From the NCBI GenBank assembly GCA_029762575.1, contig JARVGL010000002.1:1-55631 (forward strand): a DNA stretch of 55,631 nucleotides. Reading direction: 5' to 3'. Shown in pieces: positions 1-9,888 of this stretch (positions are counted from its first letter, which is position 1; each line of letters begins with the position of its first letter). The translations under genes and the position numbers were made by a program. The stretch comes from Thermoplasmatota archaeon (GTDB taxonomy: Archaea > Thermoplasmatota > E2 > DHVEG-1). The notes below the pieces were generated by a model, which was not told the DNA's origin, ran no database searches, and was given only the letters and a program-made list of their open reading frames with translations.

Positions 1-1135
1 GAATATCTGGCAGGGATATCAACTGGGTGGTGCCAAGTTGGCCTTTTCCTGATATCTTAAGGGTGATGAACCCTGCGTTCTCTATCTCTTTAAGATAATG
101 CCAGAACATGGTATGAGCTCGAGGTTTCTCATTGTTTTCTTCACAGACCATTGAATAAGTCTTCTCTGCGTCCCCTGTGAGAACATAGGCGGTGCCATCG
201 ATGTGTAATCGTTTTGCTATTGCATCGAGGGTGAGAAGATGATGGCGTTCTAGATTACGTAGTTTTGTCTCTGTGACCACGGAATAGGTATCTGCCTTTG
301 CCGCTCGTACATATTCAGGGATCACCTCAGTGGTATGGTCCCTATCAGCAGCGACACCTGCTTTTGCTAAAAGCTCTATAGCAAATCGTGCATCGCCCCA
401 TTCCTCTGCAATATCTGCGATAAGATCGATGCTATCGAGCTGCACGGTATGTTGATGAAACGCTAGCTGCACCCGTTGACTTACGATATCATAGAGTTCA
501 TCTCGACTATATTTATCAAGTTTGATGACGTTGCTTCGTTTAAACGTGCTCAACGCAGAGATATCCAGCAATGATAGAACATCCCTTTGTGATATCAACA
601 GAAGAGAGATGGGTATCTTCTCCTGAGATGTTTCATCAGAGAACCGTGTGAGATCATAGATAAGATCAGACCCGCTCTTTTTCAACAATGCATCGGCTTC
701 ATCAAGGACGACGAATAATTGGGCTTCCCGTCGTTTCAATTGTTTTCGTAATACTTCAAGCATCTCCTGAACTGAAAACCCTCTATCGGGAAATCGTGGG
801 TCGAAATGATTCAAGATACCTAACAATACCATTGCATCTGTTGAACGTTTCCGACAGTTGATATGAACATATTCGATCATGACCCCTTTTTTCCGAGCCA
901 CCCGTACAAAATCATCACAGAATTTCTTAGCCATCACTGTTTTTCCAGTCCCCACTGGTCCTTTTATCACCGCATGCTGAGCGATACGAGAAAGCAGTGG
1001 TTTATAGAAATGGGTGAGCATACTGAGTTGATCGTTACGGTGGAGGATTTCTACGGGGACATAATCAAAGTCAAGTGCACCCATATCTTTTATTACAGTG
1101 GAAGAATTCAATTCATCCTCAATGATTGTTCCCAT
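1..1135 (-). CDS. cdc6: Orc1/Cdc6 family replication initiator AAA+ ATPase (3' end outside window)
   Basis: Not in ORF track. Manual translation: MGTIIEDELNSSTVIKDMGALDFDYVP..., Walker A GPVGTGKT, YVHINCR, Walker B VVLDEAD. Alternative in-frame ATG at 1144. Confidence 0.93.
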   Translation of the reverse strand, partial: MGTIIEDELNSSTVIKDMGALDFDYVPVEILHRNDQLSMLTHFYKPLLSRIAQHAVIKGPVGTGKTVMAKKFCDDFVRVARKKGVMIEYVHINCRKRSTDAMVLLGILNHFDPRFPDRGFSVQEMLEVLRKQLKRREAQLFVVLDEADALLKKSGSDLIYDLTRFSDETSQEKIPISLLLISQRDVLSLLDISALSTFKRSNVIKLDKYSRDELYDIVSQRVQLAFHQHTVQLDSIDLIADIAEEWGDARFAIELLAKAGVAADRDHTTEVIPEYVRAAKADTYSVVTETKLRNLERHHLLTLDAIAKRLHIDGTAYVLTGDAEKTYSMVCEENNEKPRAHTMFWHYLKEIENAGFITLKISGKGQLGTTQLISLPDI

Positions 1136-1243
1136 AAAGAGCATGTAATGCTCTCAGGTCATAAAACTTTATCTGAATGGAATAGTTACCATGAAGGGGG
1201 GGATAAATATTAATAGCGTTTTTATTCATATGACTGTCTCAGC

Positions 1244-2437
1244 ATGGATGTTGATCTCGTTCAAAGACAAACGGTATGGTTCCTTCAAGACACGTTCCGT
1301 CGTTATTATCAAACAAGGCCAATTGATCTCCCCGATCGATTCAGCCGTAGGGAATATGCATTTGTTTTTTTTGGTGGTAAAGGGATGCTACGGCATCTAT
1401 CTTTTCCAAAAAGACAACCATTTCATGATTTCGTCATGGATAGAGCACCGGCACATGCATATTATTCCACTGCATATTATCAACAACCAGATGCACCAAC
1501 GATGCAGGAGAAAGGATGGATGGGTGCTGAGCTAATTTTCGATCTAGATGCTGACCACTTACCCAACGCAGAAACCATACCATATGAACAACAGTTACTC
1601 CTTGTTAAAAAAGAGTTCTACAAATTAGTGGATGATTTTTTGATCAAGGACTTTGGTTTCGAAGAACAGAATCTTGAACTCTATTTCAGTGGTGGGAGAG
1701 GATATCATTGTCATGTGAAAGACCCTCGTGTATTCCAACTTGATAGTGGGGAACGTCGAGAGATAGTTGATTATATTACTGGGAGGGATCTACGGGATAC
1801 ACTTGTTTTTCAGGATCAGACAACACAACGGAAGCAATATGGTTCACGAAGTTTTGCAGGTGGTAAGACCCTTCGGATGCCTTCGCCAACGGAACCAGGG
1901 TGGAAGGGGCGGATCAGTAGAGGTCTTATTGAGATCGTTGAGGAGATAACTACAAGTAAAGACCCTTTAGGAAAGCTGAGGGACTATGGGGTGGAAGAAC
2001 AAGCTGCAGAACGACTGCTTCATGATCTTTCTGAGGAGCGGATACAACGTATCAAGCAAGGGCAACTTGATCAATCAAAGACGATACGGAAATTCTTTTT
2101 AAATAACGCGTTACGGAAAACCGCTGTATCATTTGCATCGGGGGAGACCGATGAACCGGTGACCTGTGATGTGAAACGATTGATCCGATTACCCGGTTCA
2201 CTTCATGGTAAGACGGGGTTGCTTGTGACAAAGGTGACCCTTGATACCTTACATGATTTCGATCCGCTCTCTGAAGCGGTGGTGTTCTCTGATGAACTTG
2301 TACCAGTTGAGATCAATAAAGAGATAAGCATCCGATTGAAAAAAGAGACATTTAATCTAAGTGTTGGTATCCATAAGATCCCGTTGTATGTTGCGGTGTT
2401 CTGTATTGGGCAGCGAAAAGGTGTTATCAGTGGGTAG
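1244..2437 (+). CDS. priS: DNA primase catalytic (small) subunit
   Basis: RREYAF, ELIFDLDAD, FSGGRGYH and DEPVTCDVKRLIRLPGSLHGKTG motifs. Confidence 0.96.
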   Translation: MDVDLVQRQTVWFLQDTFRRYYQTRPIDLPDRFSRREYAFVFFGGKGMLRHLSFPKRQPFHDFVMDRAPAHAYYSTAYYQQPDAPTMQEKGWMGAELIFDLDADHLPNAETIPYEQQLLLVKKEFYKLVDDFLIKDFGFEEQNLELYFSGGRGYHCHVKDPRVFQLDSGERREIVDYITGRDLRDTLVFQDQTTQRKQYGSRSFAGGKTLRMPSPTEPGWKGRISRGLIEIVEEITTSKDPLGKLRDYGVEEQAAERLLHDLSEERIQRIKQGQLDQSKTIRKFFLNNALRKTAVSFASGETDEPVTCDVKRLIRLPGSLHGKTGLLVTKVTLDTLHDFDPLSEAVVFSDELVPVEINKEISIRLKKETFNLSVGIHKIPLYVAVFCIGQRKGVISG

Positions 2438-2813
2438 AGTCATACGATGATGCACTAGTTTCATTTATAAATGGTGAATATTCAGGTTTTTTAAACGCTT
2501 TTAGGTATCAAGAATAAAATATCAAGTCAAATCATGATGTTTTGGGACGGAAGAGTAAAAAGAATCGGAGAAAGAATCTAGGTTTTACAAATCGATAACT
2601 GTTCTTATGTAGAAACATAATTATGGGGGATGATTACTGATATACGTATAAGGTTTGAATGTTGTATGATCCTGATAGGTACACGCTCAGTATATGATTT
2701 GCCATCTATTATATGGATATGCCATGATAAAACCCATATGACTTTTATCAGTACTTCGTAGTCATGAACAAATTATTTATGCGAGACCAAGGTATTCTTC
2801 TGCGGAGTATTCT

Positions 2814-3479
2814 ATGGATGATGATGAATTTGATTACAAGATGCTTCGAAAGATCCAAGAATCTGAGAAGCAGTCACCTATGACTACAAAGATTCCAAAG
2901 ACATTCTACGAAGATGTATCAGTGTTTCTTAAAGGACTTCAAGATCAATTTGAAAAGGAGACAAAACAAAAGCGTAAGATGATTATCGCTGATGAGATAC
3001 AGAATATCGAAAAGATCGTCATCAATATCTATGAGCAACGTGAGAAAAAGATAATCATTGCAGCAACATCCCGTGTCCGTGGGGGAAACCCCTCGGTTAA
3101 AAATCTTCTTGACGATGAACTAACTCTTTTTGACACCTTACAGGAAGTGTTAAAGAATGCGCGGGATTCCTTGCTGTCTAAAGAAAAAGAAGTGGTCTAT
3201 TCCCAAAGATCCGATGAAAGCCCCCTCCAGAAAACACACCAAGAAAACACTGGTCCAAATCAAGAACATAAGGTGATACAACAGAAGGCTATCTCAGTAG
3301 ACAACGATCATATCTTTGTCACGATTATTAAGGATATGCCAACGTTTGTTGGAACTGATGCAAAACAATATACTATAAAGAAAGGTGACGTGCTTAGTGT
3401 CCCGCCTCAAATGGCAAGCATGCTTAAAAAAAGACGTATCGCAGAAGAGATTACCATACCACCATCAAGTGACTCGTGA
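2814..3479 (+). CDS. GINS complex subunit (Gins15/51 type)
   Basis: Helical A domain with REKKII; C-terminal B domain DMPTFVGTDAKQYTIKKGDVLSVP; follows priS. Confidence 0.85.
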   Translation: MDDDEFDYKMLRKIQESEKQSPMTTKIPKTFYEDVSVFLKGLQDQFEKETKQKRKMIIADEIQNIEKIVINIYEQREKKIIIAATSRVRGGNPSVKNLLDDELTLFDTLQEVLKNARDSLLSKEKEVVYSQRSDESPLQKTHQENTGPNQEHKVIQQKAISVDNDHIFVTIIKDMPTFVGTDAKQYTIKKGDVLSVPPQMASMLKKRRIAEEITIPPSSDS

Positions 3480-3585
3480 TATCTTTTCATATTATGGCTA
3501 CAGTTCTACCCAAATACTTTTTAATAAATGGGGGTTTTACGGTGTTGGATTCTAAGAATCTAGAAATAGGTTTGGGGTACTATCA

Positions 3586-4908
3586 ATGGACGCGTTAGGT
3601 AGACATATCATCGTTGAGTTTTATGAATGCTCCGCTGAGAAGATAAATGATGTTCATCATATAGAGAAAAGTATGATCCGTGCTGCAGAACTTGCTGGTG
3701 CAACCATCATCAATAGCACCTTTCATCATTTCTCCCCGTTTGGAGTATCTGGGGTCATTGTTATAGAGGAAAGTCATCTTGCTATCCATACATGGCCGGA
3801 ATATCGATTTGCAAGTCTTGATCTCTTCACCTGTGGGGATTCAATAGACCCGTGGGTCTCATTTGATTATCTTGAAAAAGAGTTTGGGGCCGTACACTCA
3901 TCAAGTATCGAACTTCAACGTGGTCAGCCGCATCTCCTTGAACATATAGCGTTAGATGCTCCCGCAGTACGAGATACAGCAAGTACACCCAAAAGACCCG
4001 TGAAATATAATAGGAACATCTGGTTCACGGAACGAGATAACAACATAGCGCTTTCTCTAAGGCATAAAGGAGATCCTTTATTTAAGAAGCAATCGAAATA
4101 TCAACGGGTTGAGATCATTGACACTATCGCGTATGGGAAAGCATTGATTCTTGATGGTATGGTCATGACGACAGAGAAAGATGAATTCGTCTATCATGAG
4201 ATGATTGCCCATGTTCCCTTGCTTTCGCATCATCGCCCTGAACGAGTATTGATCATAGGCGGAGGCGATGGTGGAGGTGCTCGAGAGGTCTTGAAACATG
4301 AAACAGTCAAACAAGTTGATCTGGTGGAGATCGATGAGATGGTGATAGATGCATGTAAAAGATATCTGCCGAAGCTAGCTACCTCTTTGTCACATCCAAA
4401 TCTATCGTTATATGTGGAAGACGGCATTGAATATATGAAGAAATGTCCCGACAACACATATGATGTGATCCTCATAGATTCAACGGATCCCGTTGGTCCT
4501 GCAGAGGGATTGTTCACGAGCGAATTTTATAAGAATGTTCATCGTTGTTTAAAGGAAGAAGGTATCATGGTTGCCCAGAGCGAATCCCCTCATTTCAATA
4601 CGAACGTCTTTTGTGAGATCTACCATTGCTATGGGGATATCTTTGGGTATGAGAATGTTCATCCCTATCTTGTATATATCCCAACCTATCCATCGGGGAT
4701 GTGGAGTTTTTCATTGTGTTCAAAGAACTTGTTTCATCCCATTAAAGATCTGGATATGGATAGGACAAAGCATTTTGCATCACAGAACCATCTACGATAC
4801 TATAATCCTGAGATACATACTGCGGCTTTTATGCTTCCAACGTTTGTCAAAAATCTTCTATATAAAAAGAACGATTTCCTTTTGAAACAGCACGCCCCTT
4901 CGCAGTGA
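3586..4908 (+). CDS. speD-speE: Fused S-adenosylmethionine decarboxylase (SpeD) / polyamine aminopropyltransferase (SpeE)
   Basis: N-terminal GRHIIVEFY...EESHLAIHTWPE..DLFTCG; C-terminal LILDG, YHEM, IIGGGDGG, LVEID, IDSTDP in one frame. Confidence 0.93.
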   Translation: MDALGRHIIVEFYECSAEKINDVHHIEKSMIRAAELAGATIINSTFHHFSPFGVSGVIVIEESHLAIHTWPEYRFASLDLFTCGDSIDPWVSFDYLEKEFGAVHSSSIELQRGQPHLLEHIALDAPAVRDTASTPKRPVKYNRNIWFTERDNNIALSLRHKGDPLFKKQSKYQRVEIIDTIAYGKALILDGMVMTTEKDEFVYHEMIAHVPLLSHHRPERVLIIGGGDGGGAREVLKHETVKQVDLVEIDEMVIDACKRYLPKLATSLSHPNLSLYVEDGIEYMKKCPDNTYDVILIDSTDPVGPAEGLFTSEFYKNVHRCLKEEGIMVAQSESPHFNTNVFCEIYHCYGDIFGYENVHPYLVYIPTYPSGMWSFSLCSKNLFHPIKDLDMDRTKHFASQNHLRYYNPEIHTAAFMLPTFVKNLLYKKNDFLLKQHAPSQ

Positions 4909-5042
4909 TTATGTAATGATACTATGGCCCTTGCTTCGTTTTCTTTAAGATTGCTCATTTTTCCTTCATATGTTTAATTACATTTTTATATGACCTCCTT
5001 ATTACCTTTCAAAATCAAATAAGTGATAAAAAGGGTTCACAT

Positions 5043-5318
5043 ATGAAAGTACCAAGGAAGATCAAGGCTTATTGCAGACATTGTAAGAAACATACAGAGC
5101 ATGAGGTTCACCGGATCAAGAAGGCAAAGGCTAGTGAGCTGAAACAAGGACAACGTCGATTCAGACGGGTTATGCGTGGTTACAGAGGTTTTCCTAGGCC
5201 TAAACCCGAAGGAAGGGAGAAAGCTAGTCGAAGGGTCCCCTTGAAACTTACCTGTATACTCTGCAAAAGAAGCCATCAACCCCCCAGTCAACGAGCAAAA
5301 AAGTTTTCCATAGAGTAG
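5043..5318 (+). CDS. rpl44e: 50S ribosomal protein L44e
   Basis: YCRHCKKHTEH zinc ribbon, LKLTCILC; conserved operon. Confidence 0.95.
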   Translation: MKVPRKIKAYCRHCKKHTEHEVHRIKKAKASELKQGQRRFRRVMRGYRGFPRPKPEGREKASRRVPLKLTCILCKRSHQPPSQRAKKFSIE

Positions 5319-5328
5319 GCGAAAGGAT

Positions 5329-5505
5329 ATGAAAAAACCGGATAGTAAATTTATTAAAGTACGATGTAAGGATTGCGAGAACGAGCAAGTCCTTTTTAAC
5401 AAACCGACCATGGTTGTTTCTTGTCATATCTGTGGGAGTAAACTTGCGGTCCCTCGTGGTGGTAAAGCAGATATAAAAGGTGAACTGCTTCACGTTATTG
5501 AGTAA
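5329..5505 (+). CDS. rps27e: 30S ribosomal protein S27e
   Basis: Below ORF-track cutoff. Manual translation MKKPDSKFIKVRCKDCENEQVLF...CHICGSKLAVPRGGKA. Confidence 0.95.
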   Translation: MKKPDSKFIKVRCKDCENEQVLFNKPTMVVSCHICGSKLAVPRGGKADIKGELLHVIE

Positions 5506-5523
5506 CATAGTTAGGTTACCGTT

Positions 5524-6312
5524 ATGTTAAAGAAAGAATACCCTGAGGAAGGAGAATTCGTTGTTGGTACTGTTATCAAGGTACAAAACTATGGCGCTTT
5601 TGTTTCTTTAGACGAATTTCCAGATAAAGAAGGATTTATTCATATCGCAGAGATTGCAAGTGGTTGGGTTAAACGGATACGAAACCATATCAAAGAGAAA
5701 CAAAAGGTTGTCTGTAAAGTGATGCATGTCGATATGTCCAAAGGACATGTTGATTTATCATTGAAACGAGTAAATGATCATCAAAAACGGGATAAGATAA
5801 AAGAATGGAAGAACAATCAAAAAGCGTTTCGACTTATGGAGATGCTTGCTGAAGCACTTAATAAATCATTTGAAGAATGTTATGATGAGTTTGGCAAGAC
5901 CCTTATTGAACGATATGGTTCATTATATGATGCTTTTGAGGATACTGCATATGATCCAGATAGTCTAGAGAACGAAGGATTTCAAGGGGACTGGGTTGAA
6001 TCATTTAAACAAATAGCGCAGGATAATATCGCTATACAATTCGTCGATATCAAAGGATACCTTGATGTTAGATCATGGAAACCAGATGGTATTATCTATA
6101 TCCGTGATGCACTTGCTAAAGCAGAAGAAAGCGAATTTGAGGATGTGACCATTGAGGTCCATTATCTTGGTGCCCCTCATTTCAGTGTAACTGTCACAGC
6201 TCCAGACTATAAGATCGCTGAGGAAGAGATGAAAAAAGCAGTGGCTCGAGCCGAAGAAGAAATCATTAAACATGGTGGAGAGCTGACGTTTCATCGAAAA
6301 ATAGATGAGTAA
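5524..6312 (+). CDS. eif2a: Translation initiation factor aIF-2 alpha subunit
   Basis: YPEEGEFVVGTV S1 domain, GFIHIAEIASGW, YLGAPHF, APDYK. Confidence 0.96.
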   Translation: MLKKEYPEEGEFVVGTVIKVQNYGAFVSLDEFPDKEGFIHIAEIASGWVKRIRNHIKEKQKVVCKVMHVDMSKGHVDLSLKRVNDHQKRDKIKEWKNNQKAFRLMEMLAEALNKSFEECYDEFGKTLIERYGSLYDAFEDTAYDPDSLENEGFQGDWVESFKQIAQDNIAIQFVDIKGYLDVRSWKPDGIIYIRDALAKAEESEFEDVTIEVHYLGAPHFSVTVTAPDYKIAEEEMKKAVARAEEEIIKHGGELTFHRKIDE

Positions 6313-6319
6313 TGATGGT

Positions 6320-6484
6320 ATGACATTACTACAGTATTGTACCACATGTAACGAATATACATTGTATGCTATCTGCCCTCGATGTCAGGGGAAAACAATT
6401 CGGAGACATCCCCCGCGTTTTTCACCACAGGACAACTATGGGAAGTATCGGCGGATGTTAAAAAAGGAACAGAAAAGGGAATGA
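6320..6484 (+). CDS. nop10: H/ACA RNP protein Nop10
   Basis: Manual translation MTLLQYCTTCNEYTLYAICPRCQGKTIRRHPPRFSPQDNYGKYRR. Confidence 0.93.
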   Translation: MTLLQYCTTCNEYTLYAICPRCQGKTIRRHPPRFSPQDNYGKYRRMLKKEQKRE

Positions 6485-6490
6485 TTACAT

Positions 6491-7255
6491 ATGGATCTTA
6501 TCACCATTGAATATATTGGAAAGCAGCCAAAATTGAATAATCCGATGTTCATCGAAGGACTTCCAGGTATTGGAAATGTTGGAAAACTTGCCGTTGAACA
6601 TCTCATTGATAGCATTAAAGCAAAGAAATTTGCAGAGATATATTGTAAGGATTTTCCCCCACAGGTGTTCATAAATCCTGATGGTACCATTGAGCTTGTA
6701 AAAAATGAGTTCTATTACTGGAAGGCCAAGAAAAAGGAACAAAGGGATATCGTTCTTCTCACTGGTGATTATCAAGGATTATCCTCTCAAGGGCAATATG
6801 AACTAGTAGATACTATTCTAACAATCATTGAAAAACTTGGTGTCAAAGAACTCTATACCCTTGGCGGGTATGGTCTAGGTCATGATATCACTCGACCTCA
6901 GGTGCTATGTGCAACAACAGATAAACAACTTGTTGCTCCTATGAAGAAACATGGTGCGGTATTTAAGAGAAATGAGCCAGGGGGCGGTATCGTTGGTGCA
7001 AGCGGTCTTATTCTTGGACTTGGAAAATTGCGTGGGTTCCAAGGTGCCTGTTTCATGGGAGAAACCCCGGGGTATCTAGTGGATCCAAAAAGTGCAAAAG
7101 CTGTGTTAAAAGTGTTGATGAGCCTTACAAAGATAGATATCGATCTAACTGCTTTAGAGAAAAAAGCAAAAGAGATAGAACAGATAGCTCAACAACTTAG
7201 AGAGATGGAGACAACGTCAAAGGAACGACCTGAGGATCTAAAATATATTGGATGA
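6491..7255 (+). CDS. Proteasome assembly chaperone (PAC2) family protein
   Basis: EGLPGIGNVGKLA, GGGIVGASG, MGETPGYLVDPKSA; usual position after nop10. Confidence 0.9.
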   Translation: MDLITIEYIGKQPKLNNPMFIEGLPGIGNVGKLAVEHLIDSIKAKKFAEIYCKDFPPQVFINPDGTIELVKNEFYYWKAKKKEQRDIVLLTGDYQGLSSQGQYELVDTILTIIEKLGVKELYTLGGYGLGHDITRPQVLCATTDKQLVAPMKKHGAVFKRNEPGGGIVGASGLILGLGKLRGFQGACFMGETPGYLVDPKSAKAVLKVLMSLTKIDIDLTALEKKAKEIEQIAQQLREMETTSKERPEDLKYIG

Positions 7256-7274
7256 GGATGAAATTTTCTTTTTT

Positions 7275-8105
7275 TTATCCCATACTGATACCATAGGTCT
7301 TCTCAGGGATATCCTGATGGATGATGAAAAGTTGTTCCTCTGTCAAACAATTGTTTTGTAAAAGCTCAAAGGTTCGTTTCGGAACCGTTTTTGGACTAAG
7401 GACTGCTCCTGGTCGACGGGGGTCATCAATGTAATCGGTCTCCATCATGAATCGTGTTCCTTTTACTGCGGATTCCATAATATTCTTTTTACTTGCTAGA
7501 ACTGAAGGGATAAGACCATGGTTCTCTGTGAGATAGATCAAGGGTGGAGAATAATGTTTCACGATCTTTTCTGCAGGTAATCCTACCGTTTTTCCCATTT
7601 GAACGAGTTCGTTACATTGCTTGCTTGTTGTTGTCTCTGTATGCAATACCACGGGTGCATTGACCTCAGAAGCTTTTTGCATACCGTATTTGAGGATCTC
7701 ATTGGAATCTTTTATTATCAACGGGTCAACAGGGAAATGAGGGCGACCTATCTCTCCTATAGCGATACATTTTTGTTCTTCACAGAGTTTGGCTGCAATA
7801 TCCATCCCTTGTTTCATAAGTTCCATTGCTTGTGTTCTTCCAAATACCTCAGAGAGCCGTAGATAATCAACTGGATAGGGTCCTACGGTTGTATAGACTG
7901 TTACGTCAAGTGTATTTCTGATCTCGTCAGCCATCAGAAGTGTTTCATTATAAACTGGAGCATAGCTTTTATGCTCAATCACTTTTTGTACCATTGGGTA
8001 TTGACAGAGGACGAAATGGGTGCCTCCTGCGTTGATGAATTCTTTGACTGCCTCAAGGTATCTACCGTCTCGTCTCAGATGCATATGATTATCAAAGATG
8101 ACCAA
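7275..8105 (-). CDS. TatD family metal-dependent hydrolase
   Basis: DNHMH, AIGEIGRPH, VLHTE, ETDYIDDPRRPGAV. Confidence 0.88.
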   Translation of the reverse strand: MVIFDNHMHLRRDGRYLEAVKEFINAGGTHFVLCQYPMVQKVIEHKSYAPVYNETLLMADEIRNTLDVTVYTTVGPYPVDYLRLSEVFGRTQAMELMKQGMDIAAKLCEEQKCIAIGEIGRPHFPVDPLIIKDSNEILKYGMQKASEVNAPVVLHTETTTSKQCNELVQMGKTVGLPAEKIVKHYSPPLIYLTENHGLIPSVLASKKNIMESAVKGTRFMMETDYIDDPRRPGAVLSPKTVPKRTFELLQNNCLTEEQLFIIHQDIPEKTYGISMG

Positions 8106-8183
8106 TTTATCACCAAGGTTATCGTCGTATGGTTTAGTGAAAAACAGTTGTAATTAAAAACCTTTCTTTGGATAATAGTATTG

Positions 8184-8543
8184 TCAGAATCGATATTTGT
8201 TCTTTTTTGTGAAATAATATGAGAACGTTCTATCCTCTTTTGGTTGTTTCCCTGTGATCATCTCAATGATGCCTTGTGCAAGGATCCAACCGAAATACCC
8301 CATGAAAAAGGTGAAGAAACCTGTGATACTATATCCTAGTATGATCTGTAGATAGTTTTGTCCGCCTGTGATAAAAAGTATTGCGATACCAACGATGATG
8401 AAGAGGAATATGATAAGAAAGATCCATCGTAGGGCGTAGATAGTAACTTTCATTGTTTTAAACGGTATCTCTTCAAGTGGTATTCTGCTGTCGATGAATC
8501 GAGTCAATGCTTTTTTTGATTTATGCGTATACTTTCCTGGCAC
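8184..8543 (-). CDS. Hypothetical membrane protein (2 TM)
   Basis: GTG start preceded by AGGAGG; two hydrophobic segments. Confidence 0.65.
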   Translation of the reverse strand: MPGKYTHKSKKALTRFIDSRIPLEEIPFKTMKVTIYALRWIFLIIFLFIIVGIAILFITGGQNYLQIILGYSITGFFTFFMGYFGWILAQGIIEMITGKQPKEDRTFSYYFTKKNKYRF

Positions 8544-8673
8544 CTTTGTCTCCTCCTAAAAATATTTAGTTGTTTGTGCGAGTGATCCCAACTAGCTATA
8601 ATGGGAAAAACGTTATAAAAAGCTATTTCGCAGTTGCATGTGCAGGTATTTTTATAATAAACGCTATAAATAA

Positions 8674-9882
8674 TTATGCGTTGGAAACAATGCTAATGAC
8701 ATCTCCATCTTTAAGTTCGTAATCTGCACCGATAACCCTTTTTGAACGAGCATCGATTGCTCTGATGAAATGATCGCCGATATCTGTATGGATCTTATAA
8801 GCAAGGTCTTTAGCTGTACTTCCACGGGGAACTAAAAAAGCGTCAGGGAGGATCCTACCATCCTTGTCTGTGAGATGATGGTCATCTTCCACTGGATAGA
8901 CGACGATGAGATCAAGCATTGAAACTGTTTCTTCGATACACTTCTGTATCCCGGTGGATCCAAATTTTTCTAGGATATGGGTTTTGATGAACTGTAAACC
9001 TTGTTTCTGTTTATCAGTAAGCTCTTTATCCGGGTTTAAGGAAAACGTGCTATTACCTCGAACATAGTCAATGAATCCATTATCTGCAGCATGGGTTAAT
9101 GCTAGTTCTGCTTCAGCGCTGGAGGGAACTACTGTATATCCTTGTTGCTCAATGACTTCTTTCTTTTTTACTAATTCTTCTGAACTTATATCAATTTTGT
9201 TATATGCTATGATCATGGGTTTACTAGTATGTCGAATATGATCAGAGAGACTGAGGACCTCGTCATCTGTCCATTGTGATGGTTTGCTTGTAGTTAATCC
9301 ACCCTTTCGAAGTGCATCAGAGATATGTTCCTCGCGGATTCCAAGCCCGGTGAGCTGCTCTGAGAGGAGTCGTTCGATCTTTTTTCCTTCAAGTTCACAT
9401 TTCCTTGCAATAGCATCTAAGCTCTTTTTTATAATGCCATGCATCCAATACATGATCTCCTTTTCCAGAAATGAGACATCATTAAGTGGATCGTAGCTAC
9501 CTGGACTAACAGGGTTTCCCTCTGCATCGGTACTGCCTGATGCATCGACGATATGGATCAATGCGTGGGCTTGACGGAGATCATCAAGGAATTTGTTCCC
9601 TAATCCTTTGCCTTTGAACGCATCTGGGACCAAACCTGCAACGTCAAGTGCCTCGATAGGGACATAACGGGTACCATTCACACATTTTGAGTTCTTCGGG
9701 GTACAGGTGACCTTGAAATCCTTACAAGGACACGGTTTCCGAATGAACATGACCCCATGATTTGCTTCGATCGTTGTGAACGGATAATTCGCAATTTCTG
9801 CATGGGCATCAGTAGCTGCATTAAAAAAAGTGGATTTCCCTACATTTGGTTTTCCAACAATTCCTATCAACATTGCACACAT
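8674..9882 (-). CDS. ychF: YchF/Obg-family translation-associated NTPase with TGS domain
   Basis: GKPNVGKST, NYPFTT, DVAGLV, NKID, C-terminal TGS. Confidence 0.93.
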   Translation of the reverse strand: MCAMLIGIVGKPNVGKSTFFNAATDAHAEIANYPFTTIEANHGVMFIRKPCPCKDFKVTCTPKNSKCVNGTRYVPIEALDVAGLVPDAFKGKGLGNKFLDDLRQAHALIHIVDASGSTDAEGNPVSPGSYDPLNDVSFLEKEIMYWMHGIIKKSLDAIARKCELEGKKIERLLSEQLTGLGIREEHISDALRKGGLTTSKPSQWTDDEVLSLSDHIRHTSKPMIIAYNKIDISSEELVKKKEVIEQQGYTVVPSSAEAELALTHAADNGFIDYVRGNSTFSLNPDKELTDKQKQGLQFIKTHILEKFGSTGIQKCIEETVSMLDLIVVYPVEDDHHLTDKDGRILPDAFLVPRGSTAKDLAYKIHTDIGDHFIRAIDARSKRVIGADYELKDGDVISIVSNA

Positions 9883-9888
9883 AGATGG

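Noticed and set aside
863..1949. Track ORFs 863-1213, 1191-1535 and 1767-1949
   Set aside because: Shadow frames overlapping cdc6 (antisense) or priS, with no motifs.
2438..2813. Hidden gene or RNA in the priS-gins gap
   Set aside because: No convincing ORF; only a weak AT-rich inverted repeat (TGATAAAA/TTTTATCA) and no ORB repeats.
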